A stretch of DNA of 64,000 nucleotides from Patescibacteria group bacterium (GCA_041660605.1 JBAZWB010000001.1:686503-750502); one strand, 5' to 3'; shown: positions 50,871 through 58,964, counted from the stretch's first letter. The notes: generated from the sequence alone by a model not told the origin. Translations and numbers: made by a program.

Positions 50871-51452
50871 TTATTTTTTTTCAGTGGTCTCTTTAGCGCC
50901 GCCATCGTTCACCCGGCGTAAAATATTTATAATTTCTTCGGCCGTAATATTCTTATCATCCCTATTCTCCTTCTGCAACTCGATGATAGTCTGCTGGATC
51001 CTTTCCGGATCCTTGATCCCGCTCAGCTCAATATTTGCTTGCGCGCCGGCCGTCTGCACAATAATGCTGCCGTAATGGTATAATGTCTGCATTACCCCTT
51101 TAATTCTGAAACTGACGTCCTGAATCTTATTGTAAGTGGTCTCAGAAACCGTCCGGTCAAAAAAACCGCGCTGGTCTATGTCTATTATCCTTTGGTTGGT
51201 TATGATAAAAACGTTGAATGAATAAACAATAAAAGTTCTCAAGGCAATCATAATTCCAAACACTGATATTGCCGCAAATACGAGCAAACCCCAATTTGAC
51301 CATTTCAAGAGTGGATACAAAAAGAAAAAAGGTGCTATAATAAATATCATTGACAGTAATATCCTGCCGAGAAAAACCAGCCAGAATTTTCTGATAACCG
51401 CCACTGGCTCCTCATTTTCCTTAAGATTTTTAATTAGTTTATCTTCAAACAT
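50871..51452 (-). CDS. Membrane protein with a bacterial PH domain
   Basis: Two TMs, then IITNQRIIDIDQRGFF...KIQDVS...YGSIIVQTAG. Confidence 0.85.
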   Translation of the reverse strand: MFEDKLIKNLKENEEPVAVIRKFWLVFLGRILLSMIFIIAPFFFLYPLLKWSNWGLLVFAAISVFGIMIALRTFIVYSFNVFIITNQRIIDIDQRGFFDRTVSETTYNKIQDVSFRIKGVMQTLYHYGSIIVQTAGAQANIELSGIKDPERIQQTIIELQKENRDDKNITAEEIINILRRVNDGGAKETTEKK

Positions 51453-51460
51453 ATATATTT

Positions 51461-51562
51461 ATGAAACGAAAGAAGGTTATAAGGGTAATCTGGATTGTCA
51501 TAGTAATCATCGGCGTTTTAAGCATGGTGTTCTTCACGGTCCTGCCTGCTTTATCTTTTTAA
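51461..51562 (+). CDS. 33-aa single-TM peptide MKRKKVIRVIWIVIVIIGVLSMVFFTVLPALSF
   Basis: Fills the gap between two minus-strand genes; basic N-terminus plus hydrophobic helix; below the ORF-track cutoff. Confidence 0.65.
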   Translation: MKRKKVIRVIWIVIVIIGVLSMVFFTVLPALSF

Positions 51563-53368
51563 TATCGCCAAAAAAGCTTCCTGGGGTATCTCTACTTTTC
51601 CCATCTGCTTCATCCTTTTTTTCCCTTTTTTCTGTTTTTCCAATAATTTTCTCTTCCGGGAAACGTCGCCGCCATATAATTTTGCGGTGACGTCTTTTCT
51701 TAGCGGAGGGATCCGGCTGGAAGCGATAATCTTGCTGCCGATGGCCGCCTGAATTTTGACTTCAAAGAGCTGGCGGGGTAAAACGTCCTTTAATTTTTCC
51801 ACGATTTTTCGTCCGACCTGGAAGGCCTCATCAGTGTAAACAATGGTTGCCAGCGATTCAGCCGGTTCTTGCGCAACCAATACATCGAGCCTGATGACAT
51901 CGCAAGTGCGATATTCTAAAAATTGATAATTCATTGAGGCGTAGCCGGCACTGACACTCTTCAGTTTATCATAAAAATCCACTAAAATACTAGCTAACGG
52001 AAGATTGTAGTGCATGACCGCTTTTTGTTCATCCAGATACTCGGTATTAATGAATTCTGCCCGTTTCTCCTGGGCTAAGGTCATAACATTCCCTAAATAA
52101 GCCGTTGGCGTCACAATATCCAGGGTCACCCAGGGCTCAGTGATTTTTTCTGTGTGCATTTTTTCCGGCAGTTGCAGAGGGCTAGTGATGGTAATTTCCC
52201 TATTTATGAACGACTTATCCTTGCGGCGATACGACTGAAAACCGGCTTCGCTTAAAATCACTTTATAGGCGACTGAAGGCGCTGTTACAATCAAATGCAT
52301 GTTGTACTCGCGCGTCAATCTCTCCTGAAATATATCCAGATGCAAAATCCCTAAAAAACCGCAGCGAAAACCAAAACCCAGAGCTTCTGAATGGTCTGGC
52401 TCATAGATAATTGAAGAATCATTAAGCGTGATTTTTTCCAGTGCGTCCCGCAAGTGTGAAAAATCATCACCCTCTTTGCAGTAAATTCCCGCAAAAACCA
52501 TGGGCTTCAAAATTTTGTAGCCTGGCAGGGGTTGGCTTGCCGGCCGCTTCAATAAGGTAATAGTATCGCCTACTCTGGAATGCAAAACCTCCTTCAACCC
52601 TGTCAACAAATAGCCAATTTCCCCAGCTGAAAGTTTATCAGTTTCCTCCAGCATGGGCTTAAAAATTCCCACACCCAGACACTCGGTGTCTTTCTTGCTG
52701 CCCATAATAAGCAGCTTATCGCCTTTTTTTACTTCGCCATTCATTACCCTGCCGAAAGCCACAACTCCCTTAAATTCGTCAAAAAATGAATCAAAAATCA
52801 AAATCTGTAAAGGATTTTCCAGTTCGCCTGTCGGCGGGGGTACTTTTTTAATTACTGCCTGTAAAATTACTTTGACATTTTCCCCGGTTTTAGCGGAAAC
52901 AGTCAGGATATCGCTTTTTGAAACACCCAATAATTTTACTAAATCCTGCGTAACTTCCTCGACTTTCGCATTTGGCAGATCAATTTTATTTATTACCGGA
53001 ATAATTACTAAATCCTGCTCCATGGCCAGATAAAGATTGGCTAGAGTCTGGGCTTCAATTCCCTGGGTAGCATCTACCAGCAAAATAGCTCCCTCAACTG
53101 CGGCCAATGAGCGGGAAACTTCATAAGAAAAATCAACATGCCCAGGAGTGTCAATCAGATTCAGAATATATCCCTGGTATAGCATGCGGACGGGCTGCAA
53201 TTTTATAGTAATCCCCCGCTCCCTTTCCAGCTCCATCTGATCCAGCAGCTGATCTCGCATATCGCGCTTATTGACGGTTTCCGTAACTTCTAAAAACCGA
53301 TCAGCCAATGTGGACTTGCCATGGTCAATATGCGCGATGATGCAAAAATTTCGAATTTTATTAAACAT
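51551..53368 (-). CDS. lepA: Elongation factor 4 (LepA)
   Basis: IRNFCIIAHIDHGKSTLADR, ERERGITIK, DTPGHVDF, GFRCGFLG, KDVTAKLYGGD. Confidence 0.98.
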   Translation of the reverse strand: MFNKIRNFCIIAHIDHGKSTLADRFLEVTETVNKRDMRDQLLDQMELERERGITIKLQPVRMLYQGYILNLIDTPGHVDFSYEVSRSLAAVEGAILLVDATQGIEAQTLANLYLAMEQDLVIIPVINKIDLPNAKVEEVTQDLVKLLGVSKSDILTVSAKTGENVKVILQAVIKKVPPPTGELENPLQILIFDSFFDEFKGVVAFGRVMNGEVKKGDKLLIMGSKKDTECLGVGIFKPMLEETDKLSAGEIGYLLTGLKEVLHSRVGDTITLLKRPASQPLPGYKILKPMVFAGIYCKEGDDFSHLRDALEKITLNDSSIIYEPDHSEALGFGFRCGFLGILHLDIFQERLTREYNMHLIVTAPSVAYKVILSEAGFQSYRRKDKSFINREITITSPLQLPEKMHTEKITEPWVTLDIVTPTAYLGNVMTLAQEKRAEFINTEYLDEQKAVMHYNLPLASILVDFYDKLKSVSAGYASMNYQFLEYRTCDVIRLDVLVAQEPAESLATIVYTDEAFQVGRKIVEKLKDVLPRQLFEVKIQAAIGSKIIASSRIPPLRKDVTAKLYGGDVSRKRKLLEKQKKGKKRMKQMGKVEIPQEAFLAILKR

Positions 53369-53490
53369 AGAAAATAACGATGAATTCTGCGAAACGGATT
53401 ATATCAGCGACGACTTGCCCCGCATACTGCGACACTGAGCGAAGTCGAAGAGGAGCTGTTGTGCGGGGTGCAAAAATTTCGAATTTTATT
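53341..53490. repeat. 22-bp direct repeat flanking a hairpin element
   Basis: TGCAAAAATTTCGAATTTTATT at 53341-53362 and 53469-53490; the CCCCGCA...TGCGGGG stem between them encloses CTGAGCGAAGTCGAAG. Confidence 0.85.
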
Positions 53491-55126
53491 CATTATTTTT
53501 TTCCGGTTGGATATTTTTTGATTTTTTGTTGTTAAATAATTGATGCCTGGCTTTTAACAGCCAATTTACTATTATTTTTACTTCTTCACATTTGAATAAT
53601 AAGGCTAAGACTAAATAGCTGCAGATGCCGAAAATGCCTGCTCCCAAGCCCTGGATAAAAATACCAACGAAAGTCTGCATATTTACTCCCAACGCCAAAA
53701 AATATTTCGCGGCAATAACCAGCGCACCCATCATGGCAGAGATTACTACTATTTTCAGGGTAGAGATGATTATCCTCTTATCGTCCAAATTGCCTACTTT
53801 TGAGCGCAGGAATACAAGCAGCAATATCATATTTATAAAACTGGAGATCGTAAAAGATAAAGCCAGGCCCATGACGCCCAAAAATCTGGTAAATATCAAA
53901 GCGCCGATGATATTCATCGCCACGCTGACCAGAGCGACTTTTACCGGAGTTTTTGTATCCTGCCAGGCATAAAAAGAACGCGCTAATAAGGGAATGACGC
54001 TCTGGGCAAATAATGATAAAGAAAATATGCCCAGCGTTTGTGCGGTCAGATAAGTATCATTCCAGTCAAAAGCGCCAGTGCCCAGGATTACCCTGACCAG
54101 CTGGGCGCGCAGTAAAAGTATCAGTACGGAAATGGGAATTACCACGAATAAAATACGGCGAAAACTTTCTGAAAAGTGCTCAATAAAAACTTGGTTCTTT
54201 TTCTGCACAAAGGCTTCACTTAAAAAAGGAAAAGAGGCCACGGCCACGGACACTCCGAATACATTGATCGGAAAGCTTTGCAGATTATTGGCAAATGTAA
54301 AAATTGCCACCGAACCGGCGGCCAACGTGGAACCAATGATAACGCTGATCAGCTGATCAACCTGCCCGACTGCCAGACCAAAAGTCCTCGGCAGCATCAG
54401 CTTGCCGATATTTCTGACACCGGCGTGCTTGGTATCAAAAACAAATTTGTAACGAAAGCCCAATTTAATTGCGCCTGGCAGCTGGATTAGCAAATGAAGC
54501 AGCGAGCCAAGAACTACGCCATAGGCTAAACCATAAATTCCGTAATATTTTACAAAAACACTGATGCCCAGGATTAATCCAATATTATACATGACCGGCG
54601 CAAAGGCAAAATTGATGTACCTTTTGAATGAATTCAATACTCCGGTTAAAATATTGCTGATGCCGAAAAATACGATGGAGACAAGCATGATTCTGGTCAT
54701 TTTTACGGTAACAATCTGCTTCTGCATATCAAAACCTGGGGCAATCAGCGGGATGATTTGCGGAGCGAAAATAAAAAACAGGATTCCGAAAAAAACGAGT
54801 CCTATGAGTAAAATATTCAGTAATGAATTTACCAGATACCAAACTTCATTTTTTGCTTCCGGATTTTCCTTGGCTTTTTGTATGTACTGAATGAATATCG
54901 GGATGAATGCGGCGGAAAGCGCACCCAATACCAGCACATTAAAAACTAAATCCGGTATTCGAAAGGCGGCATAATAAATATCCAGCTCATTGCCCGCCCC
55001 GAATTTTGCTGCCAGCAACCTGTCCCGTATCAATCCTAGGAATCTGCTGCCAACAGATGAAGCGGCTATAATAATTGCACCGCCAGTTAAGGTGGTGGTT
55101 AATTTAAACCATATTTTTGACCACAT
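53486..55126 (-). CDS. murJ: Lipid II flippase MurJ (MviN)
   Basis: SRFLGLIRD, AAFRIPD, GALSAAFIP, PRTFG, RSFYAWQDTKTP. Start placed at ATG 55126 because a TG-extended TATAAT lies just upstream. Confidence 0.95.
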   Translation of the reverse strand: MWSKIWFKLTTTLTGGAIIIAASSVGSRFLGLIRDRLLAAKFGAGNELDIYYAAFRIPDLVFNVLVLGALSAAFIPIFIQYIQKAKENPEAKNEVWYLVNSLLNILLIGLVFFGILFFIFAPQIIPLIAPGFDMQKQIVTVKMTRIMLVSIVFFGISNILTGVLNSFKRYINFAFAPVMYNIGLILGISVFVKYYGIYGLAYGVVLGSLLHLLIQLPGAIKLGFRYKFVFDTKHAGVRNIGKLMLPRTFGLAVGQVDQLISVIIGSTLAAGSVAIFTFANNLQSFPINVFGVSVAVASFPFLSEAFVQKKNQVFIEHFSESFRRILFVVIPISVLILLLRAQLVRVILGTGAFDWNDTYLTAQTLGIFSLSLFAQSVIPLLARSFYAWQDTKTPVKVALVSVAMNIIGALIFTRFLGVMGLALSFTISSFINMILLLVFLRSKVGNLDDKRIIISTLKIVVISAMMGALVIAAKYFLALGVNMQTFVGIFIQGLGAGIFGICSYLVLALLFKCEEVKIIVNWLLKARHQLFNNKKSKNIQPEKNNE

Positions 55127-55223
55127 AATGTGAAAATTATACCAACTTTTTGCGAAAAAAACAAGCCCACTATATATAAAAAAGTGTGTCGTAAAATGCA
55201 TTAATAATTATTTTCAAATATTA

Positions 55224-55894
55224 AATCATCGCGAACCTTTTAATGCTTAAAAGTAAGCTTCAACTAAAAAAAATAAATCAGCATATCATTTCAACTCACA
55301 CTTGTCATGGCAGCTTATGCCTGTCACCTCGACCGAAACCCCCGCCAAAGGCGGGGGCGAGTGGAGAGGTCTCTGTTATACACTATTAACGTTGTTAATT
55401 CTAAACCGAGACTTCTCCGTTCCCCCGTCAGATGACGGGGTCAGTCGAAGTGACGGACGTTATTGGATCGCAAACCACACCTAATTAACCACTTACGATT
55501 GTCATGTCGACCGAGTCATCCCGCCTGTGGCGGGAGGACGAGTGGAGACATCTCGGTTATATACCCACTCACGCTTGCCATTAGGTGTCCTTTTATAAAT
55601 AAAAATGCCGAGGCTACAGGTTATAAGGTCCCGGGCCGAGGTAAACATTATATTTTACGGAAAGGATAGGAAACCACTTTTTAAAAAACGGGTTTCCTAC
55701 AATAAAAAAGCTGCCGGCTAAATATATATGGTCATGCAAATTTGTAAGTAGAAATCCTGAATAAATCCAGGATTGAGGAGAGAGATTTTACCCTGCTGAA
55801 AAGCAGAGCCCTGCTTACCAACCTGATTTCCTTAAATATTATAACCAACAGCTTTTTTATGCCAACCTATAAACACATGGTTAAATAGGTTAGC
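55224..55894 (-). ncRNA. Candidate structured non-coding RNA, unit A
   Basis: Own promoter, no credible ORF, a 5' hairpin at the predicted TSS, a long closing stem with G-U pairs on the minus strand, and motifs shared with 58204-58394. Confidence 0.5.
55322..55558. repeat. Three REP-like palindromic elements in alternating orientation
   Basis: Consensus TGTCAYNTCGACCGA-[GC hairpin]-CGAGTGGAGANNTCTC at 55322-55377 (+), 55404-55455 (-) and 55500-55558 (+). Confidence 0.8.
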
Positions 55895-55900
55895 ACCGCT

Positions 55901-55929
55901 AGGATATTCCTTGTTTTTTAGTTTGTCAA
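55901..55929 (-). promoter_or_regulatory. sigma70-type promoter for unit A
   Basis: TTGACA-17-TATCCT. Confidence 0.65.
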
Positions 55930-56075
55930 GTCTATTACCCAATCATTTCCCTTTTTCACTGCACAAGATGGTCTTATGCCGCGGAAAAGGGAGGCAGGCG
56001 ACAAATTGCTTATAAGCGACTGTCTTATACCTGCCTTTTGAACAATACTATTGCTCGACAATGCCGAGATAGATA

Positions 56076-56582
56076 CTACGTTTGAGGTGAGAAAGTTTGA
56101 GGTAAGCACGTTTCACGTTTTAACGTTTCCGGAGAAATACGAACAATAAATACTTGAAAGTTTTCATCGTCAAATAATAGATTAACATTTTCAAGCATAT
56201 CACTCGAAATTCCGGCTAAAAGCCAACTATCAAGCCAATACTCGCGAAACTTGAATTCCACAGTCGGAACAATCTTCGTGCTGTCCCGAACCATCCGAAT
56301 CTTTTTTTCGGGAATTAGCGTAACCACATAAACATCTGGTTTCGGTGACCACGTGAAGCGAATGCTCTTTTCGGTAGATACCTTCCCAGAGGCACTCCCA
56401 CATCCGAAAAAGAATCCTCCTTCAAATGAACCGTTGATAGAACTTTCACTGGGAAAAACGCGCAAATAATGTTCACCGAAAACTCCAGTAGGTTCAAGCA
56501 ATTCTCGATGAGTTGCACAACCAGTGATATTGATAGCCGCCATAATCACTATCAGCAATGCACACGCGTACCATTTCTTCAT
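56076..56582 (-). CDS. Hypothetical lipoprotein
   Basis: MKKW, hydrophobic stretch, ITG-C lipobox; AGGAG SD. Confidence 0.8.
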   Translation of the reverse strand: MKKWYACALLIVIMAAINITGCATHRELLEPTGVFGEHYLRVFPSESSINGSFEGGFFFGCGSASGKVSTEKSIRFTWSPKPDVYVVTLIPEKKIRMVRDSTKIVPTVEFKFREYWLDSWLLAGISSDMLENVNLLFDDENFQVFIVRISPETLKRETCLPQTFSPQT

Positions 56583-56795
56583 GATATTCTCCTGAAATAG
56601 GGTTAATGTTATGAACTATTTTTCTTTTATCTCAATCCGCCGTAGGTGTACTGGGATAAAAGAAAAGTTTCTCTTTTTCAACCCACGATAATTGATTTTC
56701 ATGGTCTGAAAAAGTGATGGGAGCCGAGAGAATAAAATGTTCATGAAGAACAAATGTTCTTTTGGCTCCCGAATCATCACTTTCGTCGACTGGTG

Positions 56796-56879
56796 TCAGC
56801 CGTTAATTAAGGCACAGATCATGGCGATGTTGCACGCCACTGATACTGTCCACAGCGCTGCCAGAGCCCGCTTACTCAT
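56796..56879 (-). CDS. 27-aa hydrophobic peptide MSKRALAALWTVSVACNIAMICALING
   Basis: AAGGAG SD 5 nt before the ATG; same leader module as the neighbouring lipoprotein gene. Confidence 0.6.
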   Translation of the reverse strand: MSKRALAALWTVSVACNIAMICALING

Positions 56880-57258
56880 GTTGACTCCTTGTCCCTCCTG
56901 GGACGGTTAAGTGATGATTGATTATTTATGTACCATTTTTCTTTTATCTCAATCGAGTATAACTCCATACCCGGCTGGCATAAAGGCAGGAAATAAATTT
57001 CCCTTTTTCAGTTCTGAAAAAAATTTTCAATCCTGGAAAAGAGTGAGAAGAATATTACTGTTGTAATATCTTCTCACATAGCTGTTCAGTTCCACGGAGC
57101 CACCGTGATCGGCATTTCGATCCATGATAAGGGCTACCGTATTTGACCCTTGCGATTACTTAGAGCATCCTGCCTCCACCACAGGTTCATTATATGTCCA
57201 GGTCACTACGTGTCCTGGGGTTAATTCGACTTCTTTTTATCAGTCGACGGCCGCCCAA

Positions 57259-57552
57259 TTAAGCTGCAACCGCTATCTGATAATTGGCGATCTCAATCAC
57301 GTTGCCAACAGCCAGAACGTGATCAATGATCTGCTTATCATTCACAAAAGTACCATTTTTTGAATTCTGATCACGTATCATGTAATCAGTACCATTCCAG
57401 ACGATGACCGCATGCAGTCGGCTGACACCGCGCTGACTGAGCACCAGCCCGCACGTATCTAATCGGCCTACCGAGAACTCCTCATTAGGCCCTAGCGTAG
57501 GCAGCACAACCTTATCTAAGGTTATGCCACCGAGGTTTACAACAAGTCGCAT
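57259..57552 (-). CDS. Stand-alone FHA domain protein
   Basis: VGR...VSRLHA...IRDQNSKNGTFVN FHA signature; GGAGG SD before ATG 57552. Confidence 0.9.
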   Translation of the reverse strand: MRLVVNLGGITLDKVVLPTLGPNEEFSVGRLDTCGLVLSQRGVSRLHAVIVWNGTDYMIRDQNSKNGTFVNDKQIIDHVLAVGNVIEIANYQIAVAA

Positions 57553-57633
57553 GTTGCCTCCAAATATTCTTGGTTTAAATCTTGATTTAATCTCCTGAAT
57601 GTTCAAACTGCAGCAGATTGTGATTGGGGAATA

Positions 57634-57882
57634 TTAAGCCAATTCCATCTCCGTTCTAATACATCCCAGTATCAGGTAAAAGTACATGACACCGAAGATG
57701 ACATAGAGAGATGGCACAGCTATTAACCATACCAGTGTTAATGATCCGGCCGCGACATAGTAAATCCCATCTTGATAAAGGGAATATTTAAACGCATACC
57801 AGATTCCCTCACCATACTTATGGTATCCTACTGCCAGCCCAATAACGGCAAATAGCAGGATGTGCGGTAGAATGAAGTTCAT
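57634..57882 (-). CDS. Small membrane protein (about 3 TMs)
   Basis: GGAGG SD before ATG 57882 (MNFIL); hydrophobic, Tyr-rich. Confidence 0.7.
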   Translation of the reverse strand: MNFILPHILLFAVIGLAVGYHKYGEGIWYAFKYSLYQDGIYYVAAGSLTLVWLIAVPSLYVIFGVMYFYLILGCIRTEMELA

Positions 57883-58533
57883 TTGAAACCTCCGTAAACA
57901 AGTCAATGATCTAGCAATTTTCTCTTTTTTCAGCAGCCAATGGTACTTGACCATTACCCGCTGGAAAAAAGAGGCGGAAAATTATTAATATATTTACTCC
58001 TAAAAACAATTAACTCATTTTTTCAAAGAAAGAGGAAGAGGCTAAGTGGCACGGTTTTGACTACATGGAAGCAGTCACCGGACCGGGTATCAATGGCAGT
58101 TAACTCTTAGTTCGCACCAAGCGCTATTGCCATTATATGATATCCTTTTGAATAGCCCTCCTTTTCTCTCTTTGAAAATTTTTAATTTACATTACTTTCT
58201 TTTAATCATCACGAACCTTGGGTTATACCGCGCCCGCTTCGAATGCGAAGCAGTCGGGCGGGATGTCCTAAACTAAATGATGTTTACTGACAATTTAAAA
58301 TAATTTATGCCGAGTCATCGACTTCACGTCGGGACGAGGTATTCCTTTACGGAAGGATGAGTGATGAGAAGGAAACCCTTGGTTGCCTTCTCATAAACTT
58401 CCCTTATTCAGCAGACAATAACACGGGGCTATTGCCCGCTGGAGAAGGGAGGACAGCTACTGAGTTGCAACTGTCCCTTGGTGTGCGGCTAAAAGCAAGT
58501 AACGAGTAAGATGAGGTGATAAAGATCCATTTT

Positions 58534-58681
58534 TGGCGCGGGAAGAAGGATTTGCACCCGCCTCTGAGCTCTAAACGAGTTCAGTCCGTATTGTTAATCA
58601 GTAGTGTATACTGATCACGCAACGGCTTTACAGCCATTCTCTCCTCCGGTATGAATAACCGCGGTGTAAGTAGCTTCCCGC
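58534..58681 (-). ncRNA. 148-nt tRNA-like element
   Basis: 5' GCGGGAA pairs with TTCCCGC-G-CCA 3'; T-arm-like GG-TGCAAAT-CC; four internal hairpins instead of D and anticodon arms. Confidence 0.6.
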
Positions 58682-58864
58682 ATTTTTCTAAGAAAGGAGA
58701 AGGAGGTTAGTAGGTTCGCCTTTGGCCATATAAATATGGCCGACGGACCAGATATCAGAATTAGTAATATTCTAGTCGAAACCAGAAACATGCTAATCCT
58801 ATTGATATCTCTTAACTAATCCCCCCTTTTCCTTTCTCCAAAATTTTCAAGGTAGAAACTGGAT

Positions 58865-58909
58865 AAACAAAAAACGGACTTTTCCTTGAGAAGAGCTCGT
58901 TTTTTGCTT
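58865..58909 (-). terminator. Imperfect terminator-like hairpin early in the unit B leader
   Basis: AAGCAAAAAACG-AGCTCTTC-TCAAG-GAAAAGTC-CGTTTTTTGTTT. Confidence 0.5.
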
Positions 58910-58940
58910 GAGTTATTGGTTGTTGTAATAATAAACCTTA

Positions 58941-58964
58941 TCAAAACCACCACCCCTGCCACAT
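58941..58964 (-). CDS. Candidate leader peptide MWQGWWF
   Basis: ATG TGG CAG GGG TGG TGG TTT TGA, located between the promoter and the terminator-like hairpin. Confidence 0.4.
   Translation of the reverse strand: MWQGWWF

Larger units (their letters stand above)
55946..58480. repeat. Five dispersed paralogous hairpin modules
   Basis: TTTCYCTTTTTCA-[variable hairpin]-GAAAA(R)G, usually with a second hairpin, at about 55946, 56668, 56998, 57918 and 58398. Confidence 0.7.

Noticed and set aside
55127-55201. Longer murJ start (MHFTTH...)
   Set aside because: A promoter-like TG-TATAAT lies inside this extension; ATG 55126 fits better.
55302-56109. ORFs 55302-55484, 55463-55669 and 55918-56109
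   Set aside because: They run across palindromic repeats, hairpin modules or a promoter, lack an SD and have no protein-like features.
57124-57363. Plus-strand 79-aa ORF
   Set aside because: Antisense overlap with the FHA gene and the hairpin row; no supporting signals.
55946-58480. Hairpin modules as integron attC sites or CRISPR repeats
   Set aside because: No RYYYAAC/GTTRRRY ends, irregular spacing, divergent copies, and no integrase or cas gene in the window.
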